A DNA stretch of 63,329 nt, filler included, from Nemertoderma westbladi (Eukaryota > Animalia > Xenacoelomorpha): NCBI GenBank assembly GCA_032718475.1. It is 4 parts of 4 records of this genome, joined end to end, with 100 filler letters (N's around TTAATTAATTAA, not from the genome) between each part and the next. Parts side by side here need not be neighbours in the genome. Positions count along the whole stretch, not along the records: positions 32,299 to 53,905 come from JAUCBJ010003557.1; 3 more parts are not named here. One strand, 5' to 3'. Shown one piece after another: positions 38,161 to 49,953 of this stretch (positions are counted from its first letter, which is position 1; each line of letters begins with the position of its first letter). The position numbers and the translations under genes were made by a program. The notes beneath the pieces were generated by a model that worked only from the letters and a program-made list of their open reading frames with translations, did no database searches and was not told where the DNA came from.

Positions 38161-41100
38161 AAAACTGTTCCGGTCTCACAACTGCATAGGAACCAACTGA
38201 ACCAGTAATCAATAACTACAACGGTTATATTATCATTGATACATATTAAATTACCTCTACAGTGGCCTGAGTATCCAATAGATGCGCTCTAATCACCCCG
38301 AATGTGCTCTCCTACCCACCATTGGCTTAACCTGATTAATTGTCACCTCGCCACTCCCTGTTGCCACTGTCCCTATGTGCTAGCCTTACTAGCTTGTTTG
38401 TCCCTCTGAGGTAGTTTGACCTCTCAACTCTCCCTGTGGCTTGCGGCGTGTATCGCCTTAGTTGGTTGTGAGGTGACATTATTATTGGTAATGTCACCTC
38501 GCCAACTATAATTGGTAAAATGCCACTAATCCCATTTTCGGTGGGTAATGCAGGGAATTGAATCCGCTTACACTCCCCCCCCCCCCATGCTATCTTCCCG
38601 GTGAGAAGATAGCATCAACTAGCTTCAATTCCGCTGGAATCCAATCTAATATTGGATGTGGGGTGGAAGTTTCTTCTCGGGGTTGGCTTTCCATGCCAGC
38701 CCCCATGGGTCTGTTATCACTACCCATCCTTGGTACATCTGTGAGCTATGCTGTACCAAGGCATCTGGCGTCTCTGTTTTAGACGATCGCCCTCACTCCT
38801 CACACAATTTTACCTCTAGGACTTTGTTGTCCCTTCCTCTCTCGTCAGTCCCTTGGGACTCATCCCCGTCTATGCTCGCTCCCCACACTTGAATCCAGCA
38901 CCCCTTTTCACTCTTAACTCTAGCACTTCTCCCCATGCTCCCCTGATACTCAACCCGTCTTATCCCCACTCACTTCTGTCGGGCCTCACATTCTCGTTTA
39001 TGCCGTCGCACTCAAGAAGTGTGATCCATTTAATGTCTCGTCCTCCTGTTCTAGTCAATTAGTCCCCAGTCCCAGTAGCTAATTGGAAAAAGGTTGTACT
39101 TGACTATAGTACGTATATTATATATTATACATTCATCTACACGATGTGTCTTAGCCCCCCCCTTTCGGAGGTGATATGACTCGTCTCTCCCGGTCTCGCC
39201 CCCCACCCGAGTGAATCCGCAAGTCCCACACCACACTCCTCTCGGAACTTGTCCCACTCCATCGGCTTGTGGCACGTGAGTCCCATCAAATGACCCATCG
39301 CCACGGCTCCGTATCGTCCCGTGTTATCCAACAATCCTAATCCATCAGGTTTCGTCATAGCCATGTAGACTACCTGCATGTCCAGAAGATTCCGGGTGCC
39401 CGGTCCAATAATCCTCTCCACGTTGCCGCGTGTCGCCGATCCAATCTCCATCGTAGTCTTTGACCTTGCCAGCTTCTGTATCGTATACGGTAGGTGGTTC
39501 AACTAAATTTTAGTTAGTTTAAATCAGTGATGGCCTACCTCCTATCTTGTTTTTCCTATAATTTTGTACAATGTGCCAATTTACTCTAAATTTAACATTT
39601 TCTCAGTTGCCTTTTAATAGTGATTCTAGAATTTTCTCCCCCAGTTGCCATAATTTGTTAATTTTAGTACTATTTATATTCCCCCCTACATGTGCTATTA
39701 TGCTATCTGCCATCTGATTACTTACTTAAGTAATCCGTCTCTACTTGTATACAGAGAAGACTAGCTACAGTTTTCTTATTACCGTACTAGCTTCCTACCA
39801 GACAGTTTCCTGGCTCTGTAACATTACCCTTAGTCTGCACTACGGGCTATGCGCTACAGTAGTCTAGTTCGTGCAGCCTACACAGTCTATCCTACTATGC
39901 CTACATGGCCCCCCTTAACTCCTCACATGGCGCCCTCAGTGCCCACAAGTTTACGGTACTGTGTACCCCTCTACTACAGTATGCGTACATACCCCCCTCA
40001 ACTCCTCATGTGGCACCCACAGTGCCCACAAGTTTATGGTACTATGTACCCCTCAACTACGGTATGCGTACATACCCCCCCTCAATTCCTCACGTGGCGC
40101 CCTCAGTGCCCACAAGTTTACGGTACTATGTACCCCTCAACTACGGTATGTGTACATTTCCCCCCTCAATTCCTCATGTGGCGCCCTCAGTGCCCACAAG
40201 TTTATGGTACTGTGTACCCCTCAACTACGGTATGCGTACATACCCCCCCTCAATTCCTCATGTGGCACCCTCAGTGCCCACAAGTTTACGGTACTCTGTA
40301 CCCCTCAACTACGGTATGCGTACATATCCCCCTCAACTTCTCACGTGGCGCCCTCAGTGCCCACAAGTTTAGTGCGTATGTAAATTAGATACGTTGGTAC
40401 ATTATTGTACCCATCTGACGTACGTAATTTTAACTACCTACACTTGTATATTATGTACGTTGGTACGTCCGTACCCATCAGACGTACATAATGCCTACCT
40501 ACAGCGTACCTTGGTACTAGTGTTTTACTTATTTTATTTTTATTTATTTATTTTATTTTGTGGGAAGGGTGTTTCGCCCTCATTCCCACCCCCCTCAGTC
40601 CAACTTATTGGACGACTCGACAACCTAAGGGTGATTTTTTCCAGCAGGCAACTCTCCCACTGCCCCCCTGTAGGTCCTCTTATTCTTCGCCCCACTCTCC
40701 TTGTCAATTCCAACTCTCTTGGAATTGACCTTCCCTTCTCCACCCTAAAATCGGGTCTTTCCGTCACCTCACTGATCTCCTCATGGTCCCCTGGCAGCAA
40801 AATGCCACCCCTCATCTTGTCGTCACTTGGCGGTAGAATGCCGCCCTTCATGCCATCCTCACTGGCACATGCCACCTCTGCCGCCCCCCCCTCAACATGC
40901 TCGCCAGCGCTAAAGCCCCCGATGACCCCCGGCCATCCCTCAGCACGCACAATGGCTTACCATTTAATGCCCCCTCGCACTCTGCCAGTCCCGTGTGCAA
41001 CACGTCTCCTTTAACTTTCCTATCTCCATTACCCTTCATGATCAGCTCCTCTCCCTTTGGATTAACCTTCTTACATCCTCTCCCTTTCCACCTTGTCTTC

Positions 41101-41968
41101 TTATTCGACCTACTCTCTATCGGTATGCTTCTTAATTGGACCGGCGTCTCTTCCGGACATCTCTCCGGATATCTCGCTGTCCACTCTTCTCCATCCTCAT
41201 ACCGATACTCGCCAGGAACATCTATGTTCCATCCCATTGCCTCTAGGTCCTGTGCGTCGAACCCATTCTCCTCCGCCCACTCCCTTGCTGTTACTTGTTG
41301 TCCTGTCTCCTCTACCAACGGTACTTCTCTGGATTCGTCCTCCACCCTTTCCACTACCATATGGGACCTCCCCATCGCCCGTCTTTGACTTCTGCTCGGG
41401 CCGTTCCCCATATGGGACCTCCCCATCACCCGTCTTTGACTTCTGCTCGGGCTGTTTCTCATATGGGACCTCCCTATCACCCGTCTTTGGTTTCTCCTGT
41501 ATGTCCTCAATGGTACCGGACAGCATGCATCCTGATGTTTCGGATACGACAACTGCTCAAAACTGTTCCGGTCTCACAACTGCATAGGAACTAACTGAAC
41601 CAGTAATCAATAACTACAACGGTTATATTATCATTGATACATATTAAATTACCTCTACAGTGGCCTGAGTATCCAATAGATGTGCTCTAATCACCCCGAA
41701 TGTGCTCTCCTACCCACCATTGGCTTAACCTGATTAATTGTCACCTCGCCACTCTCTGTTGCCACTGTCCCTACATTCTAGCCTTACTCGCTTGTTTGTC
41801 CCTCTGAGGTGGTTTGACCTCTCAACTTTCCCTGTGGCTTACGGTGTGTATCGCCTTAGTTGGTTGTGAGATGACATTATTATTGGTAATGTCACCTCGC
41901 CAACTAATTGGTAAAATGCCACTAATCCCATTTTTGGTAGGTAAAGCAGGGAATTGAGTCTGCTTACA
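38161..41968 (-). mobile_element. Internally deleted LTR retrotransposon (Gypsy-like, non-autonomous)
   Basis: ~410-bp direct repeats 38161-38570 and 41559-41968 starting TGTAAG on the minus strand; polypurine tract (poly-C on +) abutting 38571; protease-like start CEGALNGKPLCVLRD; no RT or integrase. Confidence 0.8.
39905..40372. repeat. ~84-bp tandem repeat, about 6 copies, inside the LTR element
   Basis: gtgcccacaagttt recurs at 83-84-bp intervals. Confidence 0.9.
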
Positions 41969-42299
41969 GGAAGATTCTCCGCTATCTCTATAAGCTGCCT
42001 CAATGGCTCGTCGATTATCGCGGACTCGGTCGGATCCTCATCGGGATGATGAGCGGTAGGCGCGCGTACCTTCCATGATCCTTCCGGTCCTTAATCTCCG
42101 CGTGGCATTCCCCATCAAAGGGTACTAACTCACAGTCTGTCGACGAGGCTTCCCGCGTGGGTGAGATAAACGTCGCGAAAAATGCTGAATCCCGCACGCA
42201 TGAAAACTTCACAGTGGGCACCGGTGTTAATAAACGGTTGGAGGAATCGGCAGAATACGTCGGTGTGCATACTTCCTCCCTCGTAAACTGTATGTCCTT

Positions 42300-43470
42300 C
42301 GCCGAGACATAACTGATGTCACTTGATCGTTCTAGACACTATATCGGCGATGAAACATACGTTTACCGATGATTCTATCGCCAAATAGTACTGCAAGATT
42401 ATCCGCGGAGGTGAGGTAATCACCCAATATACACATCCTCGCCACTTCAACTGTGACTAAAACTCGTTAACGTTAGGGGTATCTCCCTCACTGTATACAT
42501 CTGTGTATTTGCTCCTCTTGCTCTCCTTGTAATCCCAACTGAACATAAGGTATAAGATATAACTGGATTCCAGTTTTGAGAGTGTTATACTCCCAGAAAT
42601 ATCCTTGCTCTATAGCCCAGAGCAACAATGGTCTGGTGTCCACATAAGGCATAGGCAATCGATCCTCCTCCTCGGGCATCCCAGTGAAGTCACTAATAAG
42701 GTCCTCCCATATACCGGATCCGATTTTGATGATACTCCTGTCGAGTACGACATCGCACACGGCCTTTGGTAACATCCTGTTGCCGTCGCTGTGTCATTTC
42801 CTTGGGTTCGGTTTGATCGTGAGTTATCCAATAGAATGGTAGGCACACGAGCCTTCCGCAGAAACGATCCGATCTCACCTTTCTCACTTTGTACACCCTA
42901 TACAGGCTAAGAGCTTTCCTTTTCTCCTGTGTCGACTTGTTGGACTCATCTATTATCATACTGTAGACATCCGGCTCGACTAGTTTGGGTTCATAAATCA
43001 CAATCTCACCCGCGTTCGGTCCACTCATCTTAAACGAGTGATATGGATTCGTCAAGGGGTAACCGCCTTCTTGATAACGCAGACTCTGGTGTTTGTGCAT
43101 CGCGCTAATATTGGCTCGGGGTTCTCAGGGTTCAAGCGCATAGGAATCACGTTGTCTTGCGCACGCATACATCCTCCACATTTATAGAAGAGTGGAGAAC
43201 GCTTCCTTAGTCTCTGGGTTCGCTTCTCGAGCGCGTCTATAAAGGTGCATCCCATCGAATTCGTCCCTAGCTGCAGGCAAGGGTTCACTCGCCGTCAGAT
43301 ATTGCAGCATGTCATATAATCGGCGAATCTCTGTGTCGGGGTCCTTGCAAACGTCGCTGGCGTCACACAACGTATCGTAAGGGTATAACGCATTAAACTC
43401 CGCACATAACTCCTCCGTTCTCTTATTATAAGCGTCTAGTCGCTGTCGCGTAACGTTTGGGGTTCACCAG
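42300..43470 (-). pseudogene. Degraded ORF with a WRN/EXD2-like 3'-5' exonuclease segment
   Basis: LPKAVCDVVLDRSIIKIGSGIWED...YVDTR resembles the ExoII region (LP..L..LL.D..I.KVG.GI..D); multiple frameshifts. Confidence 0.5.
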
Positions 43471-45112
43471 GTCCTGTACTAGATAGGTTACCATCGCCCA
43501 CCCAGTATAGTTCACCAGGTCCTGTACTAGATAGGTTACCGTCGCCCACCCAGTACGGTTCACCGGGTCCTGTACTAGGTTAGGTTACCGTCGCCACCCA
43601 GTACGGTTCACCAGGTCCTGTACAAGATAGGTTACCGTCACCCACCCAGTACGGTTTACCAGGTCCTGTATTAGATATGTTACCGTCCCCCACCCAGTAT
43701 GGTTCACCAGGTCCTGTACTAGATAGGTTTCCGTCGCCCACCCAGTACTGTTCACCAGGTCCTGTACTATATAGGTTACTGTCGCCCACCCAGTACGGTT
43801 CACCAGGTCCTGTACTAGATAGGTTACCGCCACCCACCCAGTACAGTTCACCAGGTCCTCTACTAGAAAGGTTACCGTCGCCCACCCAGTACGGTTCACC
43901 AGGTCCTCTACTAGATAGGTTACCGTCGCCCACCCAGTACGGTTCACCAGGTCCTGTACTAGATAGGTTACTGTCACCCACCCAGTACGGTTCACCAGGT
44001 CCTGTACTAGATTGGTTACCGTCGCCCAACCAGTACGGTTCACCAGGTCCTGTACTAGATAGGTTACCGTCGACCACCCAGTACGGTTCACTGGGTCCTG
44101 TACTAGATAGGTTACCGTCGCCCAACCAGTACGGTTCACCAGGTCCTGTACTAGATAGGTTACCGTCGCCCACCCAGTACGGTTCACCAGGTCGTGTACT
44201 AGATAGGTTGCAGTCGCCCAACCAGTACGGTTCACCAGGTCCTGTACTAGATAGGTTACCGTCGCCCACCCAGTATGGTTCACCAGGTCCTGTACTAGAT
44301 AGGTTACCATCGCCCACCCAGTACGGTTCACTGGGTCCTGTACTAGATAGGTTACCGTCGCCCACCCAGTACGGTTCACCAGGTCCTGTACTAGATAGGT
44401 TACCGTCGCCCACCCAGTACGGTTCACTGGGTCCTGTACTAGATAGGTTACCGTCGCCCAACCAGTACGGTTCACCAGGTCCTGTACTAGATAGGTTACC
44501 GTCGCCCACCCAGTATGGTTCACCAGGTCCTGTACTAGATAGGTTACCATCGCCCACCCAGTACGGTTCACTGGGTCCTGTACTAGATAGGTTACCGTCG
44601 CCCACCCAGTACGGTTCACCAGGTCCTGTACTAGATAGGTTACCGTCGCCCACCCAGTACGGTTCACCAGGTGGTCCTGTACTAGATAGGTTACCGTCGC
44701 CCAACCCAGTACTGTTCACCAGGTCCTGTACTAGATAGGTTACCATCGCCCACCCAGTATGGTTCACCAGGTCCTGTACTAGATAGGTTACCGCCGCCCA
44801 CCCAGTATGGTTCACCAGGTCCTGTACTAGATAGGTTACCATCGCCCACCCAGTACGGTTCACTGGGTCCTGTACTAGATAGGTTACCGTCGCCCAACCA
44901 GTACGGTTCACCAGGTCCTGTACTAGATAGGTTACCGCCGCCCACCCAGTACGGTTCACTGGGTCCTGTACTAGATAGGTTACCGTCGCCCAACCCAGTA
45001 CTGTTCACCAGGTCCTGTACTAGATAGGTTACCATCGCCCACCCAGTATGGTTCACCAGGTCCTGTACTAGATATGTTACCGCCGCCCACCCAGTACGGT
45101 CCACCGGGTCCT
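43461..45112. repeat. 48-bp minisatellite, about 34 copies
   Basis: Unit ggttcaccaggtcctgtactagataggttaccgtcgcccacccagtac. Confidence 0.97.
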
Positions 45113-45520
45113 GTGGGGCGAGACACGTAGTCGGCAAGCCTTGGCATACGGTTCATATAGGGCAAATGGGGGATGTCCGTCTGTCTGTCTGTCTGTATGT
45201 CTGTCCGTCCGTCTGCTGGGAAATCTTTGAACGCGAATTTCTCGGCATCGCTGATTCGAAATTGAACCAAACTTAGTAGGTAAGTAGTAGAGGGAAAGTT
45301 TAGAAAATTTGTAGAGTTTGGTGAAAATTCATTCAGTGTGACGTCAGCTACGACAGATTATGTGGTTTTTAGAAAATGTAAAATTTCTCGGGAACGCCTC
45401 ATTTTCCAAGGCTGAAATTTTGGTTGCTTGTAGAGAATCATAAAGTCTATCTTCTACAAAATTAAAAATTTAAGACATTTAATTGGGGATCGGCTAGAGA
45501 CTCCGAAGTAATGACACAGG
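45113..45520 (+). mobile_element. 5' part of a HINE-like element
   Basis: gtggggcgagacacgtag...agccttggc followed by a (GTCT/GTCC)n microsatellite; a related fragment lies at about 45648-45725. Confidence 0.6.
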
Positions 45521-45778
45521 CCTACCGGTACGGTACTGCTGTAGTGTACAAGTACGAAATTGCAGAATAATAATTTGACACCACCTAGCGGATTAATATA
45601 TAATTGTATATCGATCGAATAAATTTTATAGCATATTGGGTATATGGTCCGAGCCGCGAAATTGGCGGAGCCTTTGCGAAATGACGCTATCTCTTAGGGG
45701 GGTAGGCCAATTATGACAAATAGTTCATTCAATACAGTAGTACGCCTTGGGTGTAGCCCAGTTTAGCCGTAACTCTAC

Positions 45779-46058
45779 AGATGGGGGGGGGGGGGGGGGG
45801 GGGAAATGGACGCTATAAAAATTCATCCCTCTCCAGGGGAAATTGGACGCAAATAACTGCAAATGGAAGCAAATAATGATTAGGCCTACTCTCAAAAATA
45901 AAACTGTAGCCTGTTCTATTGTGTTTAGTTTATTGTTTTGGTTCAAATATCGTGCCAATGTAACCTGCTCCTTTCCCTAAATTGAGAATTTAACATTGAG
46001 GCGGGATATTAATTCGCCAAGGCGTGTTTTGCGTCGAGTTTCCTTCCCCCCCTGTCTC
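45779..46058. mobile_element. Mutator-type MITE
   Basis: 9-bp TSD taactctac; imperfect G-rich/C-rich TIRs; core matches 3211-3436 in reverse. Confidence 0.65.
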
Positions 46059-46164
46059 TAACTCTACTACTGTCTGACTGTAGGCCTACTACCGGTACCT
46101 GCTAGGCCTATCCGATTATTATTTAGCCTACAGCGCTACAGCTATCCGCATTTCGGTACCGGTA

Positions 46165-47130
46165 ATGGATAATGAAGGGCCACTGGTTGTAATAGACACG
46201 GACCCAGGATGGGATGACGCTGTGGCTTTATTACTTGCTTTGAAACAACCTAGACTCTTACAACTCTTATTAGCGATAACTACCGTGTACGGGAATTCAT
46301 CTGTTGATAATTCCACAAAAAACGCGGTTAAAATTCTAACAGCAGTGGGCCGTACAGACGTTCCTGTTTATGCTGGGGCCAGCGAACCTTTAGTGAGTGC
46401 TCGAATACATGCTGAACAATACCATGGCTCAGGAGGTATGGAAGGAAATCTACCAGATGGAGACATAGCTAAGGTAGTTCGAGAAGAACCCGCTGCTGTC
46501 GCTCTTTCTAGAATAGCTAAAGAAAATGCCGGTAGACTTTCGGTAATAGCAATTGGACCCTTAACTAACCTCGCATTGGCTCACAGAATAGATCCTACGT
46601 TCTCAGATAATCTCAAGGATGTTCATGTAATGGGAGGGTCTATTTACGGGAGGGGGCGGGACCTAGGTAGGGAGTTCAATGTTCAAGGAGATCCTGAATC
46701 TTGGGAGATTGTCATGAAGGAGTTCCGATGCCCAACGTCGGTTTACTCGTGGGAACTCTGTAGAGACGCTGTGTTCTTCTCGTTGGCCGATATAGCGGAA
46801 TGGATTCGTAAAGGTTCCCATAAAGATGTTACCAATGTTATTGATCGCGTTAGTAAATTCCCTTTGAGTTGCGATATTAAATTCCAAGGGACAGCGATAT
46901 GTGACATAGCCCCGGTAATCGGGTGTTTATTTCCGGAATCTGTTTCCCGCATTGAGGAACATCCGTTAGTTGTAGAAACGAGAGGAGAATTCGGCCGAGC
47001 GACGACTATAGTGGATTGGAATGATTCCTTGAGGCTGCGACATGGGGATGCGCGTAGGAACGTTAGTGTAGTGGTTGCTATGGATACCGGGTTAGTGACA
47101 AGAGTTATGCGTGAATTGGTTGGGATTTAG
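46165..47130 (+). CDS. Inosine/uridine-preferring nucleoside hydrolase family protein
   Basis: DTDPGWDD (DxDxxxDD), TTVYGN, AIGPLTNLA, MGG, EFN..GDPE, CD; single 321-aa ORF. Confidence 0.93.
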   Translation: MDNEGPLVVIDTDPGWDDAVALLLALKQPRLLQLLLAITTVYGNSSVDNSTKNAVKILTAVGRTDVPVYAGASEPLVSARIHAEQYHGSGGMEGNLPDGDIAKVVREEPAAVALSRIAKENAGRLSVIAIGPLTNLALAHRIDPTFSDNLKDVHVMGGSIYGRGRDLGREFNVQGDPESWEIVMKEFRCPTSVYSWELCRDAVFFSLADIAEWIRKGSHKDVTNVIDRVSKFPLSCDIKFQGTAICDIAPVIGCLFPESVSRIEEHPLVVETRGEFGRATTIVDWNDSLRLRHGDARRNVSVVVAMDTGLVTRVMRELVGI

Positions 47131-47529
47131 TGGATCAGACATTGTTGGAACGTTTAATGGACGATTTGTTAGGCCTTCATATTACAGTATCGAAATTTTT
47201 TGGTGCTTCGATTTTTACATAATAATTGAGTGATTTGCTTAAAAAATTTCTTTTTTGTAAACAATTTGAATTATTAGGTAACTTTATGAAGTTTCTTTTA
47301 TTCGAAACTTGAATGGAAATCAATTACCTTTGCACTTTACACGTTTACTTTATTTGTGATTTTATTATCGCTTGTTGAACACGTCTGGTCGACTGGAATA
47401 CATGTAACGGCGCAAACGGTACAGTGGCAGTACATCCGGTTGGCTATATTGCGATCTACAGTTATCAAACACCTACCATTGCTATTATCATCACATAATT
47501 GTGTACACTACGCTAGTTTTGGTATATTG

Positions 47530-47805
47530 CAAAATAACATAGTAAAAAGTTACAATAATATAGTAAAAAGTTACAATAATATAGTAAAAAGTTACAATAA
47601 TATAGTAAAAAGTTACAATAATATAGTAAAAAGTTACAATAATATAGTAAAAAGTTACAATAATATAGTAAAAAGTTACAATAAACTAGTAAAAAGTAAC
47701 AATAATATAGTAAAAAGTTACAATAATATAGTAAAAAGTTACAATAATATGGTAAAAAGTTACAATAATATAGTAAAAAGTTACAATAATATAGTAAAAA
47801 GTTAT
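47530..47805. repeat. 21-bp minisatellite (aatatagtaaaaagttacaat)n
   Basis: About 13 tandem copies. Confidence 0.95.
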
Positions 47806-48112
47806 ATTAATTTAGTAATGTGTGTGGAATAAGTGATAACTGGATGAGGCATGACTATGTCAGTTAGGCCTATTCATATGAAAATGAAAGTTACTTATGG
47901 ACTATGAGATATCACGACTTTCAGGGTTTTTTTTCTAAACATGTTAGTGAAATTTATGAATAAAAATAGTGATTTCAAAATTTTTAAACTTGTTTAGAAA
48001 TATTGCTAAAACTAAAAATTGAAAATAACAAATTTAAAATTATAAATTTGCTACACAGAGATTGAAATAAGAATACCTATAAATCAGAATTTAACATAAG
48101 CACCAACACCAA

Positions 48113-48400
48113 GGTTCCACATTGGTGTAGGGGTTGCATTGAATTGACATCTCCCGTAGGTCGTGGGTGCGATCCTCACATGGGCCATTGCAGTTGTTGT
48201 TTCGGCACGAATGCTTTAAAGGGACTAGCCAGAGCGCATCTCTGCCTTGCATCCTTAAGTGGTAGCTAAATGAGTACTGAAGTTTCCTTTGGGGAGTAAA
48301 GTTCTGGGGGGACCGCACTGGAAATAAGTCGCCAGACTTTTTTTGTAATCAATCCCTGGCCTAGCGGCCGAAGAAAATTTTACTTTTTTTTAATTACTTT
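48113..48400 (+). mobile_element. tRNA-derived SINE, possibly with a Deu/Nin-type central domain
   Basis: A-box tggtgtagggg, B-box ggtgcgatcc, then ctctgccttgcatccttaagtggtagctaaatgagtac resembling the Deu/Nin core as recalled. Confidence 0.55.
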
Positions 48401-48496
48401 TTTAGCCATATTTATTTTGTTTATTATTCATTCACCAATCTCTAAATCTGATCCTGTTCCAAAATCCAAATATGTAGAATTATTAATGATAGTAAT

Positions 48497-48691
48497 AATG
48501 TGTTGGCAAGCAGTATTTTTTGAGGTGTTTGTTATTATATATTTATTATAGGAAGGGATCTACTGTAGGGGTCTTAACTTCGAATGATAAGTTTATTTTA
48601 CCGAAAATAAACTTATCATTCGAGGTTAAGACCCCCTAGATCCCTTCCTATAATAAATATATAATAACATACACCAGCTTGCCAACACATT
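48497..48691. repeat. Long palindrome with ~90-100-bp arms and apex near 48601
   Basis: aatgtgttggcaagc...gataagtttatttt accg aaaataaacttatc...gcttgccaacacatt. Confidence 0.9.
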
Positions 48692-48764
48692 GTTACTGCC
48701 AATAATAAAATCCAGGGGCTAATAAAATGGCAGCTGGATTTGAAATTAATACTCCATATCTCAA

Positions 48765-48827
48765 GAACCTGTGTCCTAGTGGTTGTTGTCTCGGCTTCCA
48801 CCTCGAGGTCCCAGGTTCGAATCCGAC
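48765..48827 (+). promoter_or_regulatory. tRNA(Gly)-like internal Pol III promoter
   Basis: A-box-like TGTCCTAGTGG, anticodon-arm-like ctcgg-CTTCCAC-ctcgag, perfect B-box GGTTCGAATCC; acceptor stem absent. Confidence 0.7.
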
Positions 48828-48870
48828 ACCACGCTGATGAGACCCAGTAAAGTCGAAACGCGTACGTGGT
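48828..48870 (+). ncRNA. Minimal type I hammerhead ribozyme
   Basis: Stem I accacg/cgtggt, core CTGATGA, stem II gac/gtc with loop ccagtaaa, GAAA, palindromic mini stem III ACGCGT, GUA cleavage triplet. Confidence 0.88.
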
Positions 48871-49675
48871 TTGGAGAGATATGTGAGATATTAATTTCAA
48901 GAAAAATTACGCGATTCCTAAATTTGTACACTACCCGGTTAAAAAGTACGCATGTGATGGGATTAGTCCTACAATTGCGCCACTAAAAGATAAGTTATTT
49001 TCGGTAAAATAAAATCATTCGAGGTTTAGGCCCCGGTAACTCTACATGGACATCATTTTTATATTGCCTTGTTAGAGCAACTTCTCATTGTCAGAAACGA
49101 CCATAACTTTGTATGAAGGTCAATGGAAGATTTGTAATTATGAATAAATATAAAAAATTCAAATTTTTCAAAAATTTGGAAACATATTGACAATTTTTGG
49201 ACAAAAATCCAAAAACCTTCAGCAGATTCAATCTTGAGTATTTTTCTTTCTAATTTTTCAAATCGCATCAAAAATGTATGCTCTTTCGAGTTAATTATGT
49301 TATGTTCTTTCATTAATTAACAATTGTCATTTTGGTGCTGTTTTTTGTTTTGTTTATTGTTTAATTTTGACAAATTAAAAATTATCAATATTTTATTCAA
49401 TTTTGGCCATTTATTTCCATATTGGAATAAAACAATCAGAATTCGAGATCGAGATATCTGAAGAGAGCACATCAGAGAACCCCTCTGAGCAAAATTTTTG
49501 AAAATTTATTGAAAATTGAATTGTCTGAAGATTTTTTAGGCCAAAAAATACCATTCCGAGATAATTGCCTTTAAAATTTGTAACTTCCCGCGCAAAAATT
49601 GTCTGTTAATATGTGAGAAAGTCTGTCAATATATATATATATCAACAAGAAAGCATAAAACCATGCTAAGAATTT

Positions 49676-49953
49676 GGATGGATTCGGTCCCGGACAATTC
49701 GGTCTCGGACAATTCGGTCCTGGACAATTCGGTCCCATTTATTTAGTGGGTTTTGGGACCGAATTGTCCGGGACCGAATTGTCCGGGACCGAATTGTCCG
49801 GACCTAATGGTCCGGGATCGAATTGTCCGGGACCGAATTGTCCGGACCTAATGGTCCGGGATCGAATTGTCCGGGACCGAATTGTCCGGGACCGAATTGT
49901 CCGGGACCGAATTGTCCGGACCGAAATGTCCGGGACCGAATTGTCCTACATCC
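49676..49953. mobile_element. MITE made of inverted 15-bp repeat arrays
   Basis: (ggacaattcggtccc)n on the left and (gggaccgaattgtcc)n on the right; ends ggatg...catcc. Confidence 0.7.

Noticed and set aside
39849-40388. Three overlapping ORFs with Cys/His/Pro repeats
   Set aside because: Translation of the 84-bp tandem repeat; not a zinc-finger pattern.
43580-45137. Long repetitive ORFs of 350-460 aa
   Set aside because: By-products of a 48-bp unit open in several frames on both strands; no independent evidence of coding.
47356-47832. 158-aa ORF with NNIVKSY repeats
   Set aside because: Read-through of a 21-bp minisatellite with a non-ATG start.
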